64,000 nucleotides of DNA from Amoebidium appalachense (taxonomy: Eukaryota > Protista > Ichthyosporea), in assembly GCA_963693365.1 (NCBI GenBank), contig CAVNZM010000011.1, positions 2,154,989 through 2,218,988 on the forward strand, written 5' to 3'. This document shows, in pieces, positions 38,586 to 51,696 of the stretch. The position numbers and the translations under genes are program-made. The first letter of the stretch is position 1. The number at the start of each line of letters is the position of its first letter. The notes under the pieces are model-generated. The model was given only the letters and a program-made list of their open reading frames with translations. It was not told the origin of the DNA and searched no databases.

Positions 38586-39360
38586 TGTATTAAGAGACGC
38601 GGCACTCTTCTAAGTGAACACACACTGAGAGGAACGAACGTGTACGAGAAAACTGTAAAGTTTATTACTAAGCCTGACTTCGACGGGCAACCTGAGATCA
38701 TCCGACCGTGCCCCCAAAGATCATCATCACCAGGCCCCCCCACGATGCCACATTCCTTACATTCCGATCTAACGAACTTTCTCGTGCGCCTGCACGAGCT
38801 AAGTCTATCGGCTCACACTAATATACCGTATGGCATATCCTTGTCTCTCCCCTCTCCCTTCCCCTAGTGGCACCGCAGAGTCTAAGTCTACATTTCATAC
38901 TACCTCGAGTCCCCCTCCTCCCCCCCCCCCCTACTCTTTCAGAGCCTGTACATCAATATATACATACATTTGGCAGATAGCGGCACTATCCGAACGTGCC
39001 AATATTTACAAGGGCATCTGCCCGTCGGCGAACTTATTGCATTCCAAAGTCCTCCTAAGATCTATCCTTTATTTTTATTTATTTATCCCGTTTCACTCCC
39101 GGAGGCACTGCCTAAGGGGAGCTAACGCCTTCCACAGTAGACGCCGAATAAGTCTCTACATAGTGCAACTATAAGTCAGGATACATAATCCCGACTGTCA
39201 CTACATATTCTGGCAATTCTTAGCCCACGAGGTTGCCGCAGTCACGCTAGTGGGGATTACGCAAACTCACTTCAACCAACACCCAGCCAGGAGTGACCCG
39301 GGGTAAAATAAAAGGATATAAGCAAGAAAAAGTGTCTCAGCGAAAGTCAAAAACAATACA
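38586..39360 (-). mobile_element. Possible 5' LTR of the gag element
   Basis: TGTATT...AATACA inverted ends and a minus-strand AATAAA near 38661, located upstream of the gag ATG. No canonical TGG primer-binding site or partner LTR found. Confidence 0.4.
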
Positions 39361-39379
39361 ATGTCATTGTCAAGAAAGC

Positions 39380-39910
39380 AAAACAGTGTGTTCGTGCTGC
39401 TCTGCATGGTGGGAAAGAAAGAAAGAAGAGCAGTGTGTTTGTGCTGTTCTGCATGGTAGAGGACACTAGAGCAGGGTGTTGGTGCTGCTCGGCATGGTGG
39501 AAAACTTGAGCAGAGTGTTGGTGCTGCTCGGCACGGTAGGAAACTAGAGCAGGGTGTTGTTGCTGCTCGGCATGCCGGTAGACACTAGAGCAGGGTGTTG
39601 GTGCTGCTCGGCATGGTAGAAAACTAGAGCCGGGTGTTGGTGCTGCTCGGCATGGTAGAAAACTAGAGCAGGGTGTTGGTGCTGCTCGGCATGGTAGAAA
39701 ACTAGAGCAGGGTGTTGGTGCTGCTCGGCATGGTAGAGGACACTAGAGCAGGGTGTTGGTGCTGCTCGGCATGGTAGAAAACTAGAGCAGGGTGTTGGTG
39801 CTGCTCGGCAGGGTAGAAAACTAGAGCAGGGTGTTGGTGCTGCTCGGCATGGTACAGGACACTAGAGCAGGGTGTTGGTGCTGCTCGTCATGGTGGAAGA
39901 AGGCACTGAG
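39380..39910. repeat. Minisatellite, about 13 units of 39/41 bp (ACTAGAGCAGGGTGTTGGTGCTGCTCGGCATGGTAGAAA)
   Basis: Seen directly. Units are head-to-tail with no unique spacers and degenerate towards the left. Confidence 0.95.
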
Positions 39911-40433
39911 CATGAAGTTCGTGCGGCCCATTATTGTTCTTTGTTTTTCTAGAGTTTTTGACGTTATAGTAAGTTTCGTTTTTCCTGGAAAAAGTGCCCA
40001 TGTTGCAAAATTAATAACTCGTGTTGTACTAGTCCTATGCGGCCGCCTGCACTGTTTTGGCTTTCCGGTTTGCTTTGTTGGGTGCTTTTTTCAAGTTGCG
40101 TTGACGCACATATGCACTCAGGTGGCAGTTGGTTGCAACGGTTATCAGACTCTCCGCTATGTAGTGCTCGCTTTTGCGTGCCGCACACCCCATACTCGCT
40201 CATAAGTGCCTTATCGGTATTGTACCTTTTGGCTGCATGTTCGCTGAGTAGTACAGCCACCGTTCCGCTATGCCTGCCCCCGGAAGGTACGTGTTGACCA
40301 GTGGCTTTAGCAGTGCCTCCACCACACAGTAGACCAATGTGGTACTATGCTCACTGTTGGTGAAGGGAAAGTCAGGCCCCCCCGATTGGCGGCGCGGATG
40401 AGTCGGTAGTGATCGTCTGTGGCTCTCCCGGCC

Positions 40434-43400
40434 TGTTGGAATACGTCACCACGTATGACTGTAAACAGTTGGACTAGTTAGGATAAGGCAGAGTACAACT
40501 GAATCAAAATAAAGACAGAGAACGGGTAGAAAGGCACACGCGGCCAGGTTGCTTTTACTATGGGCCGACTCAGTCTGTCTCAGACTTCACTGATGTGATC
40601 CCCGTACTGGGACGGCTTACTTATATAGCCCCCAGGTTTCGGATCAAGGCCCAGGATTGGTTCATCCGCGGCCAGCGCGGGTGGCAACATGCCATTCGTG
40701 ATTCTGGTGCGGTCCGAGCCAGTCAGACCTTTGTCCTATTTATGCAAACCTCTTATTGGTTCACTTCGTTTATGTGGTATGCAGCGGAAGAACCATATAT
40801 GGTTCAATTCTTAGGTCAGAGTGAGTCCTATTGGTGCGGACATAATATTTATGTGATATTCATGACAAAGCACGAATCGTGTGCTAGTAGATCACATTCT
40901 TTAGTAAACATGTACAGTTCATGTGTACAGTTGTTTACACTCCCCCCCTTGTCGGGAGCCTGGTGGTGTCGTTAGACAAGCAAACCACCAGGCTGAGAGG
41001 CGATAAACAACCTTCAGCGAGAATTCTTGTGTGTGCCGAGCTGCTGGACAGAACAGAGCAAGGACGGTGGAATAGAGTTGTGCACGTCTATGAGCACTTC
41101 TTCATTTGCCAAAACGTAAATTCATGCAGCATTCTTCTGTGCTTTCATTTTCGTGGCGAAGATTGTTGCAGAGTGTTCGTGCGAATTGTTCGCTTCGTCT
41201 CTGTGCTTGGCTTTTTCTGTAGAAGTAATATTTTCCTTTTTGGGAATTTTTCCTTTTTAGGATACTCCCGCAGATTCGTTTTCAATTGCGAGTAATTTGG
41301 TTGTGTGGATGAATGATCATACCAAGCATTCGATAATGAATATAACTCAAGCCTTAGGTCACTTCGTAGCTCAGGTAGTGGTGGATAGCTTCAAGGCTTA
41401 GCCACTGCTCCTTATCCCGGTTCTACCTTAAGACTGTAAGGCGAGTCACCATGGCCGGAAAAGCCACTTCTTTCAGGAACAAAGAGCACTTCTTTCCTTT
41501 CAGCTTTAACCCTGCATCATCGGAGCCGGGAATAACATGAATAAGAATGCCCTAAGTGTTCTTCGTTGGGCGACATAAAGAAATATATCAGCCCGTCAGA
41601 ACCAGTAAAAACCCGGTTCATAATTCATAAGAAGAGGGTAGGCAGAGCAAGTCTTCTTCAGAAAACACATGCTTCCATTCGTGAGCAGTTTTCGTATCCC
41701 ATTTGCCAGCCATTTTCGTTGAGCAGGGGGATTCCAGGCATAATACATTCTTCTGGAGGCTTGGCCTAAAAAGAAAAGTCGTCACAGTCGCCCTTTCTTT
41801 TGTAAGCAACTTCGTGAGCGCGCTTCGTGTTTTCATATCCTCCAGTGCAGGTCTGGATGGTGCCCCATCCTCTGCTTCATGTGTAGGTGGCCCTACTGTA
41901 GGTTCTGTTCGTTATGTGGAATACCAAAACCATTCGTATTCGTGGAACTGCTTTGTGCTGTGCTTTCTTTCGTGTTGGTGTTCATGAAGTTACCCCGTTC
42001 ACACACCCTACTTCTTACATACATTAGATGTAAGTAGCTGCCTGGTGAGTGTGTGGTTCGTGTTCGTGGCATTCTTCTGTTCCTTCGTGAGAAGAATATT
42101 CGTTTTAGCAGAGGTACCCAATAAGGCAGCTTGTGGGGTTGTCTCCCGCATGTGCCCATTGGTGGGGTATGCACGTGCTAAATTGTTACAGTGTCATCAT
42201 ATTGCAAGGGAATAACATGGTCACCTCCGTACCAGGGCCTAGGTACACATGATGGTCCGATGTGTTAGTCAACACCTTGCATTCGTATTCGTATTCGTCT
42301 TCCACGTCACTTTCTTCAGTAGTGAAGGAGGGTATTCGTAATTCGAAACTGAAAGGCTTCCAGCCAAAATACTGACACTGTATGATGGGGTTGTGAGGGA
42401 GCGGTGCCCATACCACATTCTTTTGTTCTGGTGGGGGTGTGCCGGCAGCTAGTGCAAGGCTTGACAGTGTAATTGGTATGTTACACAGTATTGCCACAGA
42501 CGGGCATTCACCTTAAAATTCGTACCCAACACCTTCTTTGTTTTTCACATGCATGAACAAAAGTTCTGCATCGACTTTATTACATGCGTTTTGTGCACCA
42601 AGAGTGCAAATTCGTTAGGGCGTGGCACCAGGAAGGGCCGCCATACATGAGGCATATGTTCGTAATGTGTTTAGGCATGCCAGCATACATTCATGCGCAT
42701 GTTGTGCATCCTGTGCGCTAAACTATGGGGCATACTGTATTCGAAAACAGCAAGAAATTCGAAGCATGCATGCAAAACTACTTTCACAGCACCTTATGTC
42801 CTCAATGCTATAGGAACAGCGACTATCTTCTTCTTTAAATGCATTCGTGCTGAAAGTGGCCGTGCATCTGGCTTGCGAGTGTGGAGGTGCATGCGGTGGC
42901 ATGGACACGATGACAGTGTGCAATAGCGCAATGCACGCAAGGGCAACGGTTTTCTTTTCTTCGTAACATAGAGGGGGCTGTGTGCATTGCAACCCAAGCA
43001 GTGTTGTGCATTCGTTCTTTCATTTTCGTATTTCCATTTCATTTTGCTTTCGTTTTTCGTTTTTTGTCGTTTGATAACTTCGTTACTTTGTTTTGTTTTG
43101 TGTTGCATTCATTTCGTATTTCCTCTATGCATTCGCTTGTCGTTAATTCTTTATTTCATTGCGTATTCGTGATGGTTCGTTTTTCGTTGGTTCATTGCTT
43201 CGTTAGCAATTCTTTATTCGTTTGTTCGTGTATTCGTTGTTTCGTTGTGTGTTCGTTTTTCTTCACATTTTTGATGTGTCGTAGCAAAAGAAGTTTTACA
43301 TGCTTTCAATTCTTTCCGTGTAGGTGGGCTGGCCACTTCAAACTTGTCGGTGTATCTATTCTAAGCCGGACAAGGAAAGATGTGCCTATCATCGGGGTAA

Positions 43401-44086
43401 AAAAGGATTGTGATCGGCCATGGGAGATTCTTAAGCTGATTGAAAGATGTGAGATTCTTGAACTGATTGAAAGATGTGAGATTCGAAGGATGCGAGATTC
43501 TTGAACTGCGCGGTCGCCAATGTAAACAGTTGGACTAGTTAGGATAAGGCAGAGTACAACTGAATCAAAATAAAGACAGAGAACGGGTAGAAAGGCACAC
43601 GCGGCCAGGTTGCTTTTACTATGGGCCGACTCAGTCTGTCTCAGACTTCACTGATGTGATCCCCGTACTGGGACGGCTTACTTATATAGCCCCCAGGTTT
43701 CGGATCAAGGCCCAGGATTGGTTCATCCGCGGCCAGCGCGGGTGGCAACATGCCATTCGTGATTCTGGTGCGGTCCGAGCCAGTCAGACCTTTGTCCTAT
43801 TTATGCAAACCTCTTATTGGTTCACTTCGTTTATGTGGTATGCAGCGGAAGAACCATATATGGTTCAATTCTTAGGTCAGAGTGAGTCCTATTGGTGCGG
43901 ACATAATATTTATGTGATATTCATGACAAAGCACGAATCGTGTGCTAGTAGATCACATTCTTTAGTAAACATGTACAGTTCATGTGTACAGTTGTTTACA
44001 ATGACAGCAAGAGCCTTGAAGTATGTATGTGTCTTATTTGTTTGTATTCGTGTCTGCTTTCCTTCTTTGTGCTCTTTCCCTTTTCT

Positions 44087-44154
<68 letters not shown>

Positions 44155-44888
44155 TATCTCTCTCTCCCTTGTTTCTGTGAGCACAGATATCTGTAGATCT
44201 GTGCACACCTGGGCTCTCTTGCCTGATAAGAACTTATTGTATTTTATTTCTGTTTGCTCTCCTCTGTTTATCTGAGAGGTAGCGTAATTGGCTAGCTACA
44301 TTCGTTGTCTTTCTTTTATTTTAAAAATGGCTTAGTTTTGTTCTCAATAGGATGACTCGCCAATAGTCGCGAGCGAGTACATCTGTAGATCGTGTTGTGC
44401 ATTCCTGTCTATTAATATATGTGTTGTGATTGGACAATCGATACATATGGAATTCGGTTTATTGCAATGTGTCTTCACTTTGAGAGTGTCGACTATTAGG
44501 AAATATATGTATTTAACTATGATGAGTAAAGTTTATTCTGACGGATATAAATATATATGTGAGTTAATAGTGACTAGATGTATAATTACTTAATTTATTT
44601 AAGTAAGAGTTTCTAAACTTTAGTTAAGTCGGAAGTTGGAATGCGTATGCTCTGTCGGAATGTGTTTTTCTATCTTCTGATAGAACCGATTGGTTCTCCC
44701 TCTTTAGTTGTGATAAGATGATAAGTCGCAAGTACAAAAAGAACCGAGAGCACAATAAAGGATCAGTTGTTGTTTGAAATCTTTCAATGTCTCGTGAACA
44801 ACTAAGATTGCCCTCTCTTTATTGTGTTAGTCGTGTTTTACATGACACCTCTGTGCACTCTGCTCCCTTAGACCCGTATAAAACAACA
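40434..44888 (+). mobile_element. Second solo LTR (40434-40459 plus 44006-44888), related to the one at 35581 and itself interrupted by a younger LTR element
   Basis: TGTTG...CAACA termini with an exact TSD CGGCC (40429-40433 and 44889-44893). Shares GCACAGAT...GT.CAC and the terminal ACA-CC..TCTGTGC..TCTGCT...AAAACAACA block with the first solo LTR. Confidence 0.8.
40460..44000 (-). mobile_element. Non-autonomous LTR retroelement (3.54 kb), LTRs 40460-40939 and 43521-44000
   Basis: Two 480-bp TGTAAACA...TGTTTACA LTRs that look identical by eye. TSD ATGAC (40455-40459 and 44001-44005). Minus-strand PBS TGGCGACCGCG next to 43521 and [13 protein letters not shown] at 40940-40950. The interior lacks long ORFs; only a gypsy-like post-protease remnant (LTNTSDHHVYLGPGTEV) is visible. 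Confidence 0.93.
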
Positions 44889-45526
44889 CGGCCGCAGTGG
44901 TGGCTGTTTCGGTCGGGTGTTGGGTGTGGTGATTTCGAGTTGTGCACGACCAGTGTTTTGCAGCCCACACCGCGCACGTGAAGCGCGTGCACAACAGAAT
45001 CCTGCCCGGTAGGTTAGCACCTCTGGCTTTCTGATGTCTTCTCTGGTTTTATGGACGTGGCCCCAGATGGTGTTGTTGTAGAGTGGGAGAATGGTCTCGA
45101 TGGTGATCGTTTTGCGTTTGCTGTTGAGTGCAGTGTTCATGTTGTCGAACAGCTGTGTTCCTGTTCCGTCCCTCCCTTCTTCCGTCCCTGGCTCTCTCAA
45201 CATCCCCCCCCCCCCTCCCCCCCCCCCTCCCCCCCCCCCCCCCCCCTCCCCCCCCCCCCCCCCCCCCTTTTTTTTTCTCTCCTGATTTTTTTGTTCCCCA
45301 GGGCCGTGACCATGTCATGACACCACTATCCCAATGGCATGATTTAAGGTGAATCACCAAATCAACCTATATCTGTTCTGTCTCTATTCTTTGTAATGCT
45401 GTATGAATCGTGTGTGTGTGATGTATCTCTTGTGTTTCACCGTGGCAGGCAGTGGGTGGGTGGATGAGTAGGGTAGGGTGGGGGCGTGGGGGAACCGTTG
45501 GGGGGTGGGAGTGGGGGGCGGAGTAT

Positions 45527-45572
<46 letters not shown>

Positions 45573-46470
45573 CCGGGAGGGGAGGTACCCACCTATGCTG
45601 TCCCAACGTTGTAGTTCCCACCGTTGTACTGTCGGATTGTGCCAAAAGCACCCGCAAGGGGGTCGGTTTGAAGACTCTCTGGTGAGCACAAAGTTGAGCT
45701 TCTCGCCGCTCACCCCACTGTCCAGGAGATAGCGGGATTTGGCGGGATTTGGATGCCAAGAGCACAATGGAATGCGATTTTATGACGTAATCTATCCAGG
45801 CCGTCGTTTTTTCAGAGGGCCGTGACACAATCCGCTCAGTCACGATCCGCTCAGCCACAAACACAACTATAAAAGACGAACCGACAGGCATGTTGCCTTC
45901 GGTTCTATCCACATCCTTATTCCGTGCTCTGAGAACCAAACACAACCAAGCTTTCTCTTCTTCTCTATCCTCCTTTCCACTCTCCAACGATCACAATATC
46001 ACAAACTAAATTTTATTAAAAAAAAATTTAAAAGAAAACCACTGGGCTCGGGCCTCGGGCCCCAAAAGCCGCGACTCCACTCCTGGGTCACGGTAGGCAC
46101 GGCCGTCTTTTTTTCGGTTTTTTTCAGAGGGCCGTGCGGTAGGTCGAGGGCGGCTCCAGCTCGGAAAAGGTCAGTAAGAAAAAGGAAGTTTAAAAAAAAA
46201 AACCCTGCAGACAGAAAATTCCTGAGGCGACACCCTTTGTACACACGTTTCTCTTTCACCACGGCCACTTCAAGAAGACGACGTTTACTGACTCTCTCTG
46301 CTTACCCATAATATGTAATAGGGGTGTCATATACTACGATGGCGCTCATTGTTGCCTAGCATGTACATATGTCACTGGCTGCATATGATTGGCTGCGCTG
46401 GAAAACGCAGTATAGGCCGTCGAATGTGGCTGGGCCTCCGGCAGTGTCCACGCAATAAAAAGTGTGTAAA

Positions 46471-47041
46471 CCCCTGTAGTCCGGATGATTCACATTCAAT
46501 GTGAATCAAATTTGTGGCGCTTCTCAATTTTTACCCTGTGGTCAAAAAATACATGTTACTTAATCAAAAACTTAGTTTTGGTAGTCAAAAAAACGCCCAT
46601 ATAATTTTTTTTGGGTGTTTATGTCTATATTTTTCATGTTACTTAGAGACATTCGAGAGGTGGTGCGAGCTCCAAACAATGTGAATCAATCTGAAAACAA
46701 TGTGAATCAATTCGCGACTTCGAGTCGCGTCGCGACTCACATGATCGCGGCCGCGCCAGCCGGGGGGGCCACGTGATCCGACATATCATACTAATTAGTG
46801 ACTAAGTGACACGTGCAGCGTGCGAGGGCTTTTAATGCCGGCATGTCATAGTGCCTGCCAAATGAATAGCGTGTGTCTGTAGGTGTGTGTGTGCGCGCAT
46901 GTGTGTGAGTGGGTGGGTGGGTGGGTGCCGGGTGGGTGTATGTATCTGTGTGTGTGTGTGTGTGTGTGTGTGTGGCGGTGTGCACATGTATGTGTGTACG
47001 GTGTGTGTGCGCGCGCGCGCGCACGCGCGCGTGTGTGTGTC

Positions 47042-47105
<64 letters not shown>

Positions 47106-47267
47106 CGGAGAACGTGTGTGTTAGTGTGTGTGTGTGTGCGACTATGATATGTGTCATTATGGTGAACATTGTGTGTGGCACTGTGTGTGTGTGTGTGTGT
47201 GTACATGTGTGCATGTGTGTGCACCGGTGTGTGTGTGTGTGTGTACATGTGTGCATGTGTGTGCACC

Positions 47268-47318
<51 letters not shown>

Positions 47319-47376
47319 ACATGTGTGTGTGTGTGTATGTCATGTGTGTGTGTTTGTGTGTGCAACGGTGTGTGTG

Positions 47377-47419
<43 letters not shown>

Positions 47420-47597
47420 GTGCGTGTGTGTGTATGTGTGTGTGTATGTGTGTGAATGTGTGTGCACGGCCGGTGTGTGTGTGTGTACAAGTATGTGTGT
47501 GTGTGCCTGTGTGTGTGTGTTTGCGTGCGTGTGTGTGTTTGCGTGCGCGCGCGCGCGTGTGTGTGTGTGTGTGCTGTGTGTGTGTGTGTGTACATGC

Positions 47598-47644
<47 letters not shown>

Positions 47645-48325
47645 ATGTGTGTGTGTGTAACAGTGTGTTGTTTGTGTGTGTGTGTTCGGTGGTTACTGTC
47701 ACGGTTGGGTGATGGCAGTAGCACGTGTGTGTGGTCAGGCGGATGTTGTTGTTGTTATCAGAGAAAGGGAGTGAGGAGTGTTACAAGGAGGAGGGGAGGG
47801 GGGGGGGGGGGGGGGGGGGGAGGGGGGGGGGGCAAACGTATGCACATACTCAGCCAGGCGAGCTGCATGTTTTGCTGGTTCTTTCCCGTGTATCATAGTG
47901 AACAAGTGTCCAAATTTGTAGATTGCCATAATAAATGGTCGGACATGCAGGTTTGCGTACACTTGCAATTTCACGTTCAAAAAAATTTTTTATTCAATAA
48001 TACAGTAACTCAGCTTGAAGCTCCTTCTAAATGTCTAAACAAAGTTTTACATAGTGTTCCGAAAAATAACTGTGATACTGGTACACTCTGGTCTTAGCAA
48101 CACAAGAATATATTTACAGTAGTAGAAGACCACGAATTTGAACTATTAAGTGTCTTACACTTGAAATTACAACAGTCCCTCTAACGGTTAACTTGGGTAT
48201 CATAGGCAATCCCCCCCCCCCCCCCCCCGAGCCCTCCCCTCTCCCCCCCCCCCCCCCCCCCACCACCACCACCGCCACCATCATACACCACCACCACACA
48301 CGCACACACACACACACACACAGGG

Positions 48326-48362
<37 letters not shown>

Positions 48363-49525
48363 GGCACACACACACACGCACACACACACACACACACAGC
48401 CAAAAAAAAAAGGGGGGGGGGGGGAGGGGGGGGGGGAGGGGGGGGGAGGTGAAGGGAAAAACACAAGAAGAACTCTCTGGCAACATCAAAGCCTGCAAGT
48501 GACGTGACTCTAACTTAACCAATCATTTCACACTGCGACCACCGTGTCTACTGAGGCTCGTAATCTGCCCAGTATTCAGGTGTTTTGATATCCTTGTTCG
48601 TGTGCCATATATCGAAGCAGGATTTAACGTTTGGATTACTGGACTTGCGCCTGAACGTGTCTAGGAGCCTGTTTTCAATAACGTCTGCTTCGAGTGTTAT
48701 GTCTACTTGCTTGGGGTCAAAAATACGCCATTTCCCTGAGAGAGCGGTATCCTCTGTAGCCTCGCTGTCTTCTGTATCACTCTGTGTGCTATCGTCGGAA
48801 AAAATATTGTCAAAGAAATCCGAGTCAAGTGCCCCTGCTTCGAACCCCACACCACTGCCATCACCAAGTTCCATGCCCCCGTCCATTCTTTGTGTGCATT
48901 GTAAGAGACACCAACTACTGGTATATATCAAGGAGAAGTGACATTATAACGGTGCAATTCAATCACGGGTATGGGAAGATGATCTACGTGCAGCTCTTTC
49001 AAGGGGCCACGGTGCGTTGCTTTGTTTACAAGAGCCAAAAAAGGCTACGTCTAAACACCATATATGGGTTTCCTTTGTGTAACAACCAATGGTTTTCAGC
49101 CTTCGAGGGGTGTAAAGCATTGAAACTGGTCGACCTTCATCTTTAATCAGTAGATGAAACGCTGTTCAGAAGCTCATTATGAGGTAACATATTGCAAGGC
49201 AGCACACTTACATCAATCAGTCGATTGCAAGCATTGATCATTCTATGGGTTGTCGATATCCAACTTTGTGTGCCAGCACGCCCTCGCTGCGCCGCAAAGT
49301 CCATATACAACCCATACCCAGCCGCGGGGCTTTGAAAACTATATATGTTTACTTCGCTCTTGCAAAGTTTCGACCCCACCGGGTCATTTATACGGGAAAA
49401 AACTCTGTTTTTTGAAGGGGGGTTTTGATTCACATTTAATGTGAATCACCCTAATTGACCGATTTTCCAAAATTCCCGGGATACAAGATTGATTCACATT
49501 GAATGTGAATCAAATTACATTGGGG
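46471..49525 (-). mobile_element. Decayed DNA transposon, probably piggyBac-like
   Basis: CCCC...GGGG ends with inverted subterminal GATTCACATTnAATGTGAATCAAAT. Minus-strand remnants: acidic N-terminus plus PNVKSCFDIWHT (48548-48931), IFRNTM near 48060 and HVRPF near 47940, in piggyBac order. The TTAA TSD is not intact. Confidence 0.55.
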
Positions 49526-49800
49526 GTGACTCTCCTGAATCTACATGCATCTACATACCCTGGTATTCAATTTCGTTGCCGTGACTGTGCCAATCGAAAT
49601 CGACAGTATCTTCAGTCACTCACAGTTGTAACAGGCAACAGAAATCATGGGATGTCTCTGCAGGGTTCGATTTTTGTTTTCGAAATATTGGGAAGGTCAC
49701 ACCGCCCTTTCGGAATCGCCCAAAAAACTTTCGGAAAATGGGCCCATGGGCCTGGTGGCCGCCCCGGCCCGAGGCCCTCCCCCGGGGGCGGGGCGGGGAA

Positions 49801-49864
<64 letters not shown>

Positions 49865-49944
49865 CGGGGGTTGAGAGAAATATCTGATCGAGAGAGGAGA
49901 TAGAGAGACAGAGAGAGAGAGAGACAGAGAGCCTTGGAGAGGGG

Positions 49945-50065
<121 letters not shown>

Positions 50066-50188
50066 TATGTAGAGAACTCGGAGATATAATAATGATAGAG
50101 ATTGAGAGAGAGATGTAGAGAGGTCAGTAGAGAGATAGCCTATTGGGAGAGAGATAGAGATTATTTTTTTTTTTTAATTTTTTTTTTT

Positions 50189-50260
<72 letters not shown>

Positions 50261-50777
50261 CGTGCGTGCGTGTGTGCGTGTGTGCGTGTGTTTGGGACGG
50301 GGGGGGAGGGGGTGGGGGGGAGGAGAAGGGAGAGAGAGCGATATATATGGGAAACTTTCGGCCTTTCCCCCGGCACGGCCTGCACTGCAATACTTTTGGG
50401 GGGGGGGGATGTGCTGTTTATTAACGACGCATTCCCGATTCCCGTGCTTCGCAGCCCGAATTTTTTTGCGGTTTTGGATATTTTCGCACTAAATATCGAT
50501 GATTTTGGGACGTTTGGACCATGATCATGAATGAAGGACAAAGAGGAGGAACGCCCACAGTGTACGTATACTGCCCCCTAGCTAGGCCTCTCCCCAATCC
50601 CCTGGATGATTCCGGAACGGTTTTTCGGAAAATCGAACTCTGGATGCCTCAGACACTGTGTGCGGCCCAGTACGGCCCCCGGTATACGTATGTAAAGGCC
50701 AGAGTATACACGCTGCGTATGTGAAACGCTCCGCTCTCCCTCTCTTCGGCTCCCTTCGGCTCACAAAAAACACCACC

Positions 50778-51298
50778 ATGATATCCACAAGTGACTTCAC
50801 AGCCTTTTTTTTGCGTCCTCACTCCACCCAGACCCCCACTCCTCAGGCAGTGGCAGCGATGACTGCACTGATGCACCCAACTTGGCGTAGTGGCAGCATA
50901 CAACTACACCCTTATTTACGCCCACCGAACAAACTTGCACAAGCAATAGGGGAACAGAAAGGACAGGCACAATCACGGAACGAGAAAAAGCAAAAACCCG
51001 CACACGACCCACCCGTGTCCGTCCGTTTGAGGCTGCAACAAGAAAAGCAGCTGAGACTTCCTAAGGTGGAAGCAACAGATGCGCAGAACGGTGCCCCTCC
51101 CCCCCCCCCCCCCCCCCCCCCCCCCCACCCACTCACCCACCCTCCCCCCCCCCCCCCTCCCCGCCCCCCCACCCACCCACCCACCCTCCCCCCCCCCCTC
51201 CCCCCCACTTCTTCCCGTTCTCCTCTCCCCTCCCCCCCCCCTCCCCCGCCCACCCCACCCCACCCCCTCCCACCCCCAACCCGCCCCCCTCCCCCTCC

Positions 51299-51388
<90 letters not shown>

Positions 51389-51613
51389 CCCCCCCCCCCC
51401 CCCCCCCCCCCCTCCTCTCCCCCCTCCCCCCCCTTCTATGTGTGTGTACCGGGACGAGAGGTGTTGCGGGACCTGTGGGAGGGGAGAGAGGAGAAGAGAA
51501 TGAACCGCACGAGAGGAGTGTTATGTGGGGAGGTGCTGGAAGGAAGTGCAGGCGCACAGTGTGATGGAGAGGAGGGATGGTATGGAGCAGGGGGGAGGGG
51601 GGGGGTAGCAGCG

Positions 51614-51696
<83 letters not shown>

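Larger units (their letters stand above)
40035..45760 (-). pseudogene. P-element (THAP9-type) transposase C-terminal relic with one intron (45592-45153), split by LTR insertions at 40434-44893
   Basis: Across frameshifts: RYLLDSG..KLNFVLTR / LQTDPLAGAFGTIRQYNGGNYNV (P motif YVLT..LQ.D.LE..FG.IRQ..G.N), then EVLTYRAGF (L.YIAGY). After removing the insert: HYRLIRAANRGGLTFPS and C-terminal ...NCHLSAYVRQRN...NRKAK. Confidence 0.8.

Noticed and set aside
39380-39910. CRISPR-like array
   Set aside because: The units are contiguous with no unique spacers, there are no cas genes, and the context is eukaryotic.
40595-40975. Duplicated 126/174-aa ORF (also 43656-44180)
   Set aside because: It lies inside the LTRs, antisense to the element, and starts at a non-ATG codon; an incidental frame.
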